A stretch of 64,000 nucleotides of DNA from an uncultured Gemmatimonadaceae bacterium. Its GTDB lineage: Bacteria > Gemmatimonadota > Gemmatimonadetes > Gemmatimonadales > Gemmatimonadaceae. The stretch is from assembly GCA_963740355.1 (NCBI GenBank), contig CAVUDW010000003.1, positions 2,400,001 to 2,464,000 on the forward strand. The letters are read 5' to 3'. The notes below the pieces were generated by a model. It saw only the letters and a program-made list of their open reading frames with translations, had not been told where the DNA came from and made no database searches. The position numbers were made by a program, and so were the translations under genes. Positions 29,644 through 39,116 of the stretch are shown here, one piece after another. How positions within the stretch are numbered: the stretch's first letter is position 1; every line of letters starts with the position of its first letter.

Positions 29644-31941
29644 TCAGAACTCCCAGTTGATCCCGATGCTTGGCAACACGCCGATGCTCTCGTTCGGCTT
29701 CGGCGCGCGCAGTCGCGCGTCCCATGCGATCTGCGAAATGTTCTTTCGCGCCGTCGCGTTCTGCACATCGAGGTAGGTCACCAGCTGCGAGCGGCGGAAC
29801 ACGAAGCGGCGATCGATACGCAGATCGAGCGCAAAGAACGTCGGCAGTCGCTCGCCTTCGTTGTATCGCGCGAAATCGAGGCGCCCGTCAGTCGTGAACG
29901 GCGTCGTGGGTAGTCCCGCAGCGGTGCGCACGCGGCCACTGAACTCCCAGCGTGGATTCGGGCGCCAGCCAAGCAGGCCGTTGAACACCAGCGGCGAATC
30001 GAACGCACCGATCGCGCTGGCACCACTGAGGCTGCGGAAACGCGTGCGGTTGTAGCTCGCACTGATCAGGCCATACACCGGTATGTCGCTCAATCGCTTC
30101 TGCAGCAGCACTTCGGCACCGCGCACCGTACCCGTGGCCCGCGGCTGCAACGGCTCGAGCCCGTACGGAATGTCATTCGATACATCGTCGAATCCACTTG
30201 GCTGCAATACCGCACTCGGTCGATATACGCGGCCCGGGTAGTCGACATACGACTTCACGTATCCCTCGACCTGCAGCTTGAGGTCGGCGCGCAGCAATCG
30301 TTGCCAGCCAGCCACCACCTGATCGGCTCGCAGTGGTTTGAGCGTGCGCGGATTCGACGCATCACCAACCAGCCAGATTGGCTGCGGTGCCTGGTAATAC
30401 TGGCCACCCGCGAGCGTGAATGTGTTGGCGTCATCCGGGCTCCACGCCAGCGATGCACGCGGCGCCAGCCGCACCGCATTGCGCAGGAACTGGTACCAGT
30501 CCCCTCGCGCTCCAAGGGTCAGGCGAAGCTGGTCGCTCAGCTGCAGGCTCGTTTGTACATAAGCCGCCTGCTTGTAGGTCGCGAACGTCGTGTCCACTCG
30601 CAGCGGCTGGGGCACGCCGTTCTGGTCCAGCCGCGACCCGCCTGGCAATGTGATGTCGTATTGCAGCTCGCCGGCGTACTTGCCGATCAGGCCTGCCGTC
30701 AGCTCGGCACGCGGCGACAGCTGCAGCGTGAGGTCGGTGCGCAATGACGTTTCACCCTCTGTCGACTGCGCTCCGAAGATTCGCTGCGGCGGGTTGGTGC
30801 TGTCACTCTGTGAGGCGTCGAACCGACTCCACGTCCGGCCCAGCGTCGTCGTCACCACACCATTCGACAACAGACGCTTCCACGTGATCCCCGCGATGTA
30901 CTGATCCTGCGAGGAGCCCAGCACCGTCGAGTTGTCGAAGCGGTTGTCAGCAGTCTCGTTCTTGAGCCGAATGCGGTCACGCGCGCCCACCAGCAGGAAG
31001 GACACTTCGTCGCGTGCCGATGGCCGTTGCACCGCCTTCACTGTGACATCCGTGTAGGACGGGATGAAGGGAAACCCCACCGCATTGAAGACGAAGTCGA
31101 GATAGCTGCGGCGCACGCTCACCAAGAGTGAACCATCGTTGGGCAGCGGCCCCTCGGCAATTGCGCCAAACCCTGTGGCAGAGAGGTTGAGAGTCGTGGC
31201 GCGGCGTGCACGGTTTCCTTCGCGCAACGCAATGGTGGTGACACTCGAGGTGCGATCGCCGTATCGAACCCCGAAGCCGCCTGCACTCAGTGCCGCGTCC
31301 CGCACGAATTCGATCGGAATCAGCGACACTGGCCCACCGGTTGATCCTTGCGTGCCGAAGTGGTTCACGTTCGGCACCTCGATGTTGTCTACCACGAAGA
31401 GATTCTCGAACGGGGCGCCACCACGCACGACCAGGTCGTTGCGGCCGGCCGTCGTCACGCCGACGCCAGGCAATACCGAGACCGCCCGAATCACATCCTC
31501 CTGCACCCCAGGCGTGCGACGAATCTCCTCGGCGGTGAATCGCTGCGTACTGACCGGTGTCTCGCGCGCGGGCTCGAAGTAGCTCGGCTGCACGTCCACC
31601 GTCGCCAGCTGCACGACGCGCGGCTGCAGGTCGATCACCAGCGTGGTGGGCTTGCCGGCGCTGACGACGACGTCACCACGCGTGATCGGCGCGAACCCGA
31701 TGGCGCGCACCTCGAGTCGCACGACACCCACCGGCGCACGCAGTCGAAACCGCCCATCATCGCCGCTGACGACCACCAGGTCTGTGCCCACCACACGCAG
31801 TGTGGCGCCCGCTACCGGCTGCTCCGTGGACGCTGAACGAACGCGTCCATCGATGAGACCACTGGCCGACGTGACCTGCGCCGAAGCAGCGGCGCTGCAG
31901 AGGCACAGCAATACTGCGACCTGCACTGCGCGAGCGCGCAT
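29644..31941 (-). CDS. TonB-dependent receptor with N-terminal carboxypeptidase-regulatory-like domain
   Basis: Signal peptide, LPGV..VRGG..EN plug, GGFGVRYG, C-terminal INWEF. Confidence 0.87.
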   Translation of the reverse strand: MRARAVQVAVLLCLCSAAASAQVTSASGLIDGRVRSASTEQPVAGATLRVVGTDLVVVSGDDGRFRLRAPVGVVRLEVRAIGFAPITRGDVVVSAGKPTTLVIDLQPRVVQLATVDVQPSYFEPARETPVSTQRFTAEEIRRTPGVQEDVIRAVSVLPGVGVTTAGRNDLVVRGGAPFENLFVVDNIEVPNVNHFGTQGSTGGPVSLIPIEFVRDAALSAGGFGVRYGDRTSSVTTIALREGNRARRATTLNLSATGFGAIAEGPLPNDGSLLVSVRRSYLDFVFNAVGFPFIPSYTDVTVKAVQRPSARDEVSFLLVGARDRIRLKNETADNRFDNSTVLGSSQDQYIAGITWKRLLSNGVVTTTLGRTWSRFDASQSDSTNPPQRIFGAQSTEGETSLRTDLTLQLSPRAELTAGLIGKYAGELQYDITLPGGSRLDQNGVPQPLRVDTTFATYKQAAYVQTSLQLSDQLRLTLGARGDWYQFLRNAVRLAPRASLAWSPDDANTFTLAGGQYYQAPQPIWLVGDASNPRTLKPLRADQVVAGWQRLLRADLKLQVEGYVKSYVDYPGRVYRPSAVLQPSGFDDVSNDIPYGLEPLQPRATGTVRGAEVLLQKRLSDIPVYGLISASYNRTRFRSLSGASAIGAFDSPLVFNGLLGWRPNPRWEFSGRVRTAAGLPTTPFTTDGRLDFARYNEGERLPTFFALDLRIDRRFVFRRSQLVTYLDVQNATARKNISQIAWDARLRAPKPNESIGVLPSIGINWEF

Positions 31942-32081
31942 GAATCCTCGGGGGTCTGGTGCACGACGAATGCCGCCGAGAACGCGGCGTGGCTGATCAA
32001 TGTCGTCCGGTTGTCATCTGTTCGCACGTGGATCGCCGCCAGATGCGGGCAGCGTCATCGGCCTCGAATGCGGAACGAGTG

Positions 32082-33008
32082 TCACGAATCGCGCGGCACC
32101 ACCATCACTGCGCAGGTTGCCGTGCGCACGACGCGAGTGGCCGCGCTACCGAGCACCATGCGCTCCACCAGCGAACGTGAGTGGCGGCCGACGGCGATCA
32201 GGTCGGCATTGATTCGGGTGGCATGGAACACCAGCTCCCTCCCGATGTTGCCGGCCAGCGCGATCGTCTCGATCTCGAGCGTTTCCGGCAGCTCGAGCTG
32301 CGAAATCATGCGCCCGAACGCCTCGTTGAGGCGATCGAGAACGTGCGGCGGCCAGTCCGCGAGCATCGCCGGCAATGGCTCTGCCAGCGGATCGATGTGG
32401 ACGAAGGTGAGCTTGCCATGCGGCCCGACGAGGCGGGCGGCAGCGCGGGCGGCGGCCAGGCTGCTGCCGTCGAAATCCGTGCCGACCACGGCGTGCTGCG
32501 GCAGCTTCGTCATGGCTTCCGGCACCGCCAACGTCGCCACATCCGCCTCCCGCACCGCGTGTAATGCGGTCTCGGTTCCGAAGAGACGGTCTACCGCCTT
32601 GTGGCGACCGAGCCCGAGGATGATCAGCTCTGCCTTTTTCGCGACGGCGTGGAAGAGGATGCCACTCAGGGGCACGCTGCATTCCACGAACAGGTCTGCT
32701 GGCGCAGGGAGCGCGAGTCGTTCGCACTGCAGCACGACCGCCGCGCGACGCGCACTGATCGCCGCATCCTCGGCACTCGGAACGGCAGTCGGTGCCAGTG
32801 CGAGGTCGTTCACTGGCATCGGGTATGTCATCGGTTCCACGACGCTGATGACCGCAACATTCGCCCCGTCGCGTCGCGACAACGCGTCAGCGACGCGCAG
32901 CGCACCATCCGCCGCGAGCGAGGTATCGGTCGCCACCAGCACACGACCGATTGGCGCCAATGGCGCGCTGCGCGCCGTGGGGAACGATGCCTTCACGGTA
33001 CCAGACAT
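32082..33008 (-). CDS. Tandem-domain universal stress protein
   Basis: Two USP domains: VLVATD..LFGTET and VVGTDF..LGSAATRVVRTATCAVMVV. Confidence 0.87.
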   Translation of the reverse strand: MSGTVKASFPTARSAPLAPIGRVLVATDTSLAADGALRVADALSRRDGANVAVISVVEPMTYPMPVNDLALAPTAVPSAEDAAISARRAAVVLQCERLALPAPADLFVECSVPLSGILFHAVAKKAELIILGLGRHKAVDRLFGTETALHAVREADVATLAVPEAMTKLPQHAVVGTDFDGSSLAAARAAARLVGPHGKLTFVHIDPLAEPLPAMLADWPPHVLDRLNEAFGRMISQLELPETLEIETIALAGNIGRELVFHATRINADLIAVGRHSRSLVERMVLGSAATRVVRTATCAVMVVPRDS

Positions 33009-33226
33009 TCCGGTCTCCCACCCGCGCAGCAGGTGGCGCGTACGGACGCGACCGTCGCACGGTAGTCGGCGACCGAATCGCGAGAGGCGCCGGTACGCGG
33101 CTGCGAGTCGCCTCTCAGCCAGCAATGTCGGTCTGGGACATCGAACGACTGTCAGTGATTCGCCGGACGGACCTGCCCGGACATCCCAACAGCCCTACAC
33201 GCCCCTCACATCCTCGACTTGCCATA

Positions 33227-33277
33227 CGCAAAGGAGCCCGGCACCGCAGCCAAAAACAGGCGCTGGTGCCGGGCTCC
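33227..33277 (-). terminator. rpmG terminator candidate
   Basis: 13-bp inverted repeat GGAGCCCGGCACC...GGTGCCGGGCTCC with a short T tail on the minus strand. Confidence 0.55.
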
Positions 33278-33294
33278 GCGCATCGCGCGGAACC

Positions 33295-33456
33295 TTACTT
33301 GGTTTCCTTGAACAGGACGTGCTTCTTCGCGATCGGATCGTACTTCTTCATCTCGATCCGCTCAGGATGCAGACGTGCGTTCTTGGTCTTGTGGTACGTG
33401 TACGGTGATTCCGTGCTGCGCAGCTTGATCTTGATGCGCTTGCCCTTTGCGGCCAT
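33295..33456 (-). CDS. rpmG: 50S ribosomal protein L33 (cysteine-free type)
   Basis: [49 protein letters not shown]. Confidence 0.95.
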   Translation of the reverse strand: MAAKGKRIKIKLRSTESPYTYHKTKNARLHPERIEMKKYDPIAKKHVLFKETK

Positions 33457-33577
33457 GATGCTCCTCGCGAGGTACTGGTAATCGTAGCCCACAAAGCTAT
33501 ACCGACCCGGTCCGGCATGGGAGGGGTGAGTCCGAGCAAATTCCTGCTCTGCTCGTGTTCCGACTGCCGCTAGGGGT

Positions 33578-33952
33578 CCACGGAGCTCACGGGTGCTCTG
33601 ATCTTCGCGCGTCTGTCTTCGCTGGCATCGCTAACAGAAATGGGGGGGGAGGCCACGGAGCTCACGGAGTGCGCCGATCGCGCGCGTCTGTCTTCGCGGG
33701 CATCGCTAACAGCAATGGGGGGGAGGCCACGGAGCTCACGGAGTGCGCCGATCGCGCGCGTCCGTCTTCGCGGGCATCGCTAACAGCAATGGGGGGGGAG
33801 GCCACGGAGCTCACGGAGTGCGCCGATCGCGCGCGTCTGCCTTCGCCACCTTCTGCACTGCACGGCGGGTTAGCGGCGGACGCGATCAAAGCAGAGCTGG
33901 GGTAGAGCCAACCTCTGAATCTGGAGCTACTCCGTGAGCTCCGTGGCCTCCC
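33578..33952. repeat. Tandem 74/75-nt repeat array (3.6 units) plus one inverted core copy
   Basis: Units start at 33578, 33653, 33727 and 33802 (CCACGGAGCTCACGGAGTGCGCCGATCG...). Inverted core ACTCCGTGAGCTCCGTGGCCTCCC at 33929-33952. Confidence 0.92.
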
Positions 33953-33992
33953 GCTCATTTGCTTTTGATCCTTTGTTTTAGACTGTGCCCCG

Positions 33993-35471
33993 ATGACCAT
34001 CGCGCCAACCTCTCCGCTTCTGTCGCCGGCCCCGCCGCTCGGCGACTTCGACCCCGCCGTGCTCGAGGCGGGGGTCGACCAGATCCTGGCCCTTTTCCGT
34101 CGGCTGCACGACGGCGGCGCGCTGCCGCCGGTGCTCAGTCAGGTCACGCCAGGGACTATCGCCGACCAGCTCGCGGCGTCGGCGCCGAGTGCGCCGGAGC
34201 CGCTCGCTGCGATCCTCGACGATGTCGAACGGATCATCGTGCCGGGCATCACGCACTGGCATCACCCCAGCTTCTTCGCCTACTTCGCCAACTCGAGCAG
34301 CGTCCCCTCGCTGCTCGGCGAGGTGCTGACATCGGGGCTGAACGCCAACGCGATGCTCTGGGTCACCAGCCCCGCAGCCACCGAACTCGAACAGCGCGTG
34401 CTGGAATGGCTCTGGGAAGCGATGGGGCTGCCGAATGCGAAGGACTGGTTCGGGATCATCACCGACACCGCGTCCATGTCGACCATGCTCGGTATCGCCG
34501 CCGCACGCGAAGCGGCTGGTTTCGATATCCGTCGCAAGGGCATGGCGGGTCGCGCCGACATCCCCGTGTTGCGCGTGTATTGCAGCGAACACACACACTC
34601 GTCGGTCGACAAGGCCTGCATCACGCTTGGCATCGGCACCGATAATGTGGTCAAGATCCCGGTGGACGACGCGTTCAGCATGCGCATCGATGCGCTGGAA
34701 TCAGCCATCGCAGCTGATCGGGCGGCCGGCATGTGTCCGCTGGCCGTGGTCGGGACCGTGGGCACCACCAGCACCTCCAGCGTCGACCCGATTCCGGCCA
34801 TCGCCGATCTCTGCGAACGCGAGAAAGTCTGGTTCCATGTCGATGCCGCCTACGCCGGCGTGATGGGCATCGCACCGGAATTCCGGCATGTGCTGGCCGG
34901 CGTCGATCGCGCCGACAGCGTGGTCACCAATCCACACAAGTGGTTGTTCACCACCATGGATTGCAGCGCGTTCTGGACCCGACATCAGGATGTGCTGCGG
35001 CGCGCCTTTTCGCTGGTGGCCGAATATCTCGTCACCGCGCGCGACTCACAGGTCGTGAATTACATGGACTACGGCGTGCAGCTGGGCCGTCGCTTCCGCG
35101 CGCTGAAGTTGTGGATGGTGATGCGCGCGTTCGGCACCGACGGGCTTGCAGCGCGACTCCGCGAGCATTGCGCACTCGCACGCGAGTTCGCCGTGCGTGT
35201 CGAGAGTGATCCGTCGTGGACGCTCTGTGCCCCTGTGCCATTTTCGCTGGTCTGCTTCCGATTTGCGCCAGCCGATCTGCGTGACGAAGACGCGGATGCC
35301 AGGAATGCAGAAATTCTCGCGACCGTAAACGCCGCCGGGCGTGTCTACCTCTCGCACACGCGCCTCAACGGCCGCTATGTCCTGCGCCTCGCGATCGGCA
35401 ACATCCTAACGATGCGTGAGCACGTCACACTGGCGTGGGACGAACTGCAACGCGCCGCGTCGTTGGCCTGA
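33993..35471 (+). CDS. Aromatic-L-amino-acid decarboxylase (PLP group II)
   Basis: PGITHWHHPSFFAYF, SPAATELE, HSSVDKA, HVDAAYAG, NPHKW, LGRRFRALKLW. Confidence 0.87.
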   Translation: MTIAPTSPLLSPAPPLGDFDPAVLEAGVDQILALFRRLHDGGALPPVLSQVTPGTIADQLAASAPSAPEPLAAILDDVERIIVPGITHWHHPSFFAYFANSSSVPSLLGEVLTSGLNANAMLWVTSPAATELEQRVLEWLWEAMGLPNAKDWFGIITDTASMSTMLGIAAAREAAGFDIRRKGMAGRADIPVLRVYCSEHTHSSVDKACITLGIGTDNVVKIPVDDAFSMRIDALESAIAADRAAGMCPLAVVGTVGTTSTSSVDPIPAIADLCEREKVWFHVDAAYAGVMGIAPEFRHVLAGVDRADSVVTNPHKWLFTTMDCSAFWTRHQDVLRRAFSLVAEYLVTARDSQVVNYMDYGVQLGRRFRALKLWMVMRAFGTDGLAARLREHCALAREFAVRVESDPSWTLCAPVPFSLVCFRFAPADLRDEDADARNAEILATVNAAGRVYLSHTRLNGRYVLRLAIGNILTMREHVTLAWDELQRAASLA

Positions 35472-35508
35472 CGCGGCACGCTGCTCTCACATCATACGGC
35501 ACTCGGCG

Positions 35509-36297
35509 CTACTCGTCACCGAGCAGCGCGCCGAGTGACCCGATCGTTCCGCGCGATCCGCCACCGGTGCGACCCGCAGGTGCGGCGGCGATGATGCGAT
35601 CGGCGAGTCGCGAGAACGGCAGCGTCTGCAGCACGATCCGGCCTGGGCCGCGCAACCGTACATAGAAGAGGCCTTCACCGCCGAACAACGCGGTCTTGAT
35701 CCCCTTCACCATCTCGATGTCGTACTCCACGCTGGGCTGCATCGCCACGAAACACCCCGTGTCGACGCGGAGGACTTCACCGGGCTGCAGGTCGCGCTGG
35801 ACGAGTGTGCCGCTCGCGTGCAGGAAGGCGAGTCCATCGCCGCTGATCTTCTGCAGCACGAATCCTTCGCCGCCAAAGAAGCCTGCGCCGATCTTGCGTT
35901 GCAGCGCGATGCTCACGTCGAGGCCGCGCGCGCCAGCGAGGAATGCGTCGCGCTGGGCGATGATCGTGCCGCCCCAGTCGAGCACATTCACCGCCTGGAT
36001 CTTCCCCGGGAACGGACTGGCGAAGGCCACGTCGCGTCGCTGGTTCGCTTCGTTGATGAACACCGTCATCATGAAGCTGTCGCCCGACAACACACGCTTC
36101 GCGCCGCCCATCAATTTGCCGAGCAGCCCGCCGCCTTCGTTGTTCGGATCGAGCGTCGTGATCGGCCGGATGCCGTCCTCCATGTACATCATCGCCCCCG
36201 CCTCCGCCGTCACCGCTTCGCCCGGGTCGAGGGTCACGATCACTGCCTGCAGATCATCGCCGATCAGGCGATAGTCGATTTCATCAGCTTTGCGCAT
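35509..36297 (-). CDS. AIM24/TIGR00266 family protein
   Basis: AEAGAMMYM, FFGGEGFVLQK, VDTG, LFGGEGLF..GPG. Confidence 0.87.
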   Translation of the reverse strand: MRKADEIDYRLIGDDLQAVIVTLDPGEAVTAEAGAMMYMEDGIRPITTLDPNNEGGGLLGKLMGGAKRVLSGDSFMMTVFINEANQRRDVAFASPFPGKIQAVNVLDWGGTIIAQRDAFLAGARGLDVSIALQRKIGAGFFGGEGFVLQKISGDGLAFLHASGTLVQRDLQPGEVLRVDTGCFVAMQPSVEYDIEMVKGIKTALFGGEGLFYVRLRGPGRIVLQTLPFSRLADRIIAAAPAGRTGGGSRGTIGSLGALLGDE

Positions 36298-36400
36298 GAA
36301 CGATCCTGAAAGAGGAGACCTTCATCCAAGAAACTGCGGAAGACCAGGGACCACCGAGGATTTTCGATTGCGGCGAACGTGCAACGGCACCGGCAACTGC

Positions 36401-36577
36401 AACTGCAATGGGGGGGAGGCCACGGAGCTCACGGAGTGCGACCGCAGCAGCGTTCCGCTTTACACGCACCTACGATGAATTTGTGAAGACCCTTGAAGTT
36501 TCTAGTTGCCGCGCGAAGCACTGAGCATTGCCCTCGGAGCACTCCGTGAGCTCCGTGGCCTCCCCCTCATTGCAGTT
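36401..36577. repeat. 39-bp inverted-repeat element (MITE/REPIN-like) with 99-nt spacer
   Basis: AACTGCAATGGGGGGGAGGCCACGGAGCTCACGGAGTGC (36401-36439) and its reverse complement with one mismatch (36539-36577). Same core as the 33578 array. Confidence 0.9.
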
Positions 36578-36595
36578 TCGTTTCACACCGAATGC

Positions 36596-37264
36596 TCAAG
36601 CCCAGTACTCCCAGTGATTCCCGAACACCACATACGCCGAAAGGCAGGCGTTGGTGACGGCGTGGGTCCAGACGAGGTCGGCCAGCGACTTGGTCTTGGC
36701 CATCCAGATGTTGTAGATGACGCCGCATAGCAGCCCGACTTCCCAGTAGGAACCGTGCTCGCTGGCGAACAGCACTGCGGTCGCCCAGAACGAAAGCGTG
36801 GTGAAGCTGCCGAGTGGCCGAAGGCGGAAGTCGTCGAACGAGTCCACCGCGCGTGGCAGCCAGCCACGCCAGAACAACTCCTCGAGAATCGGCACCAGCA
36901 GGACGGCCCGCGCCGCTCGCAGCCAGAGGGTGAGGGAGTCGCCCTGTGCTGCCGCATCGAGGCCGGCCGTCGGGCTGCCAACGATCCCGTTATCGAACAG
37001 CCAGTGCGACCGATAGCCCGGCCAGAGCGCATCCGGCGCAATCCAGAGCATGAACACCCCGACCCCGATTGCCGTCGACGTCAGCAGATGCTTCGGCAGC
37101 AGGTCGATCACGTCGCGGCTGAACACCAGCAGCGCCGCTACCAGCAGCACGACCCAGAGCAGCGCATTCCACGGCTGCGGAATCTCGAGCGGCTTGAGCA
37201 CGGCCAGCAGCACCATGAACAGTGCAAACGGGGCGACCCAGGGAACGGCGGCGCGAACGGGCAT
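36596..37264 (-). CDS. CPBP/CAAX-protease-related intramembrane metalloprotease
   Basis: EELFWRG, FASEH and HAVTN motifs. Confidence 0.85.
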   Translation of the reverse strand: MPVRAAVPWVAPFALFMVLLAVLKPLEIPQPWNALLWVVLLVAALLVFSRDVIDLLPKHLLTSTAIGVGVFMLWIAPDALWPGYRSHWLFDNGIVGSPTAGLDAAAQGDSLTLWLRAARAVLLVPILEELFWRGWLPRAVDSFDDFRLRPLGSFTTLSFWATAVLFASEHGSYWEVGLLCGVIYNIWMAKTKSLADLVWTHAVTNACLSAYVVFGNHWEYWA

Positions 37265-37424
37265 CGGGCATGTCGGAGGGAAGGGAACTGGAACGGCGTC
37301 AATCTAGACCCGCCATCGCTCCTCGCCGAGGCAATGGCGGCCACTACCGCCCGCGTCGCACACACGAGACACTGCAGTGCGGCACACCCGCAGCCCCGCC
37401 ACAGCATCCTCCGACCAGCCACCG

Positions 37425-39020
37425 ATGCGCCGCCTTCTTCCCTTCGCGTTTGCCGCGACGTCAGTCGTCGCCCCACTGTCGACGCTCTGTACCGTGCCGC
37501 TGTCGGCCCAGCGCCTTCCCGCCACGGCGCCGGTGGACCTGGACGCGTATGTGAATCGCGTGCTGCGCACCTTCAACGTGCCGGGGATGGCGGTCACGAT
37601 CGTCAAGGATGGCAAGGTGCTCGTCGCCCGCGGCTACGGCGTGCGAACCCTCGGTGACAGCACCCGCGTGAACGCGAGCACACGCTTCGGCATCGCCTCC
37701 AACTCCAAGGCCTTCACCGCCACCGCTCTCGCGATGCTGGTTGACGAGGGCAAGGTCGAGTGGGACGCGCCAGTGGTGACCTACCTGCCGCAATTCGCGC
37801 TGTCGGATCCGTACGTCACCCGACAGATCACCGTGCGCGACCTGCTGGTCCATCGCAGCGGTCTTGGCCTTGGCGCCGGCGATCTGCTCTGGTGGCCAGC
37901 GTCGACGTACACGCGCAAGCAGATCATGCATCGGCTGCGCGACATCCCGCTCAGCACCAGCTTCCGCAGTGCGTACGCCTACGACAACGTGCTCTATCTC
38001 GTCGCGGGCGAGGTGATCGAGGCGGTGAGCGGCAAGACATGGGAAGACTTCATCGCTTCGCGCATCCTCACCCCGCTCGGCATGTCGCAGTCGACCACCC
38101 GGCATTCAGACGCCGAAGCTGGAGGCAACGTCGCATCGACCCATGCGATCGTCGATGGCACGCTGCAGCGCGTGAAGCCGCTCACCAGCAACAACACCAA
38201 CCCGGCGGGCGGCATCAACACCACCGCCGACGACGTCGCGAAGTGGCTGATCACGCAGCTCGACTCCGGTCGGACCGGTGCGACACGTCTTTGGTCACAG
38301 CGTGCACAGCGCACCCTCTGGACCGGCGTCACGCCGATGCCCTTTGGTCCGCAACCGGGCGTGTTCGGCACCGTGGCGCCGCAGTTCAAGCTCTACGCCT
38401 TGGGCTTCGACGTGCAGGACTATCGCGGCACCAAGATCGCCACCCACACCGGCGGCCTGCCAGGCTATGTGTCGGAAGTCACCTTCGTCCCATCGCTCAA
38501 GCTCGGCATTGCGGTCTTCACGAACCAGGAAAGCGGCGCCGCGTTCAAGTCAGTCACCAACCGCGTGCTCGATCATTTCATGGGCGCCCCCGTCATCGAC
38601 TGGCGCGCCGCCTACGACAGCGTCGAGAACAGCGGCCGCGCTGCCGTCGCGGCGCAAGTTGCCGGCGCCACCACCTCGCGCGACTCGCTCTCCAGGCCAT
38701 CGCTGCCCATCGAACGCTACGCCGGTCGATTCACCGACAAGTGGTACGGCGATGTCACGGTGACAGTGAACAACGGCAGGCTGTCACTCGCGATGCAGCC
38801 CACACCGGAGCTGGTCGGTGACCTGCAACACTGGCAGTTCGACACCTTCGTCGTTCGCTGGAAGGACCGCTCGCTGCGCGCCGACGCCTTCATCACGTTC
38901 CAGCTCTCCCCCGACGGCCAGATCGAGAGCGCCCGCATGGCCCCCTTCAGCGCCGACGTCGACTTCTCCTTCGACTTCCAGGACCTCCGCCTCATCCGAG
39001 ACCGCCGTTCGACTCCGTGA
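37425..39020 (+). CDS. Serine hydrolase, beta-lactamase/S12 family, with C-terminal DUF3471-like domain
   Basis: Signal peptide. SNSK (SxxK), YDN, HTG. Confidence 0.87.
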   Translation: MRRLLPFAFAATSVVAPLSTLCTVPLSAQRLPATAPVDLDAYVNRVLRTFNVPGMAVTIVKDGKVLVARGYGVRTLGDSTRVNASTRFGIASNSKAFTATALAMLVDEGKVEWDAPVVTYLPQFALSDPYVTRQITVRDLLVHRSGLGLGAGDLLWWPASTYTRKQIMHRLRDIPLSTSFRSAYAYDNVLYLVAGEVIEAVSGKTWEDFIASRILTPLGMSQSTTRHSDAEAGGNVASTHAIVDGTLQRVKPLTSNNTNPAGGINTTADDVAKWLITQLDSGRTGATRLWSQRAQRTLWTGVTPMPFGPQPGVFGTVAPQFKLYALGFDVQDYRGTKIATHTGGLPGYVSEVTFVPSLKLGIAVFTNQESGAAFKSVTNRVLDHFMGAPVIDWRAAYDSVENSGRAAVAAQVAGATTSRDSLSRPSLPIERYAGRFTDKWYGDVTVTVNNGRLSLAMQPTPELVGDLQHWQFDTFVVRWKDRSLRADAFITFQLSPDGQIESARMAPFSADVDFSFDFQDLRLIRDRRSTP

Positions 39021-39054
39021 GCATCGCTCAACGGCGTCTCTGCGATTCGCTGTC

Positions 39055-39093
39055 AAAAAAGAACGGGCGGACCGAATTCGGCCCGCCCGTTCT
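39055..39093 (-). terminator. Intrinsic terminator of the RND operon
   Basis: AAAAAA-GAACGGGCGGACCG-aatt-CGGCCCGCCCGTTC: hairpin with a U-tract on the minus strand. Confidence 0.8.
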
Positions 39094-39116
39094 CCGTGAC
39101 TCACCAGCAACGACGA

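Noticed and set aside
33578..33846. CRISPR array or repeat-protein ORFs (33555-33905, 33743-33937)
   Set aside because: Whole units repeat with no unique spacers, and the 74/75-nt period shifts the reading frame.
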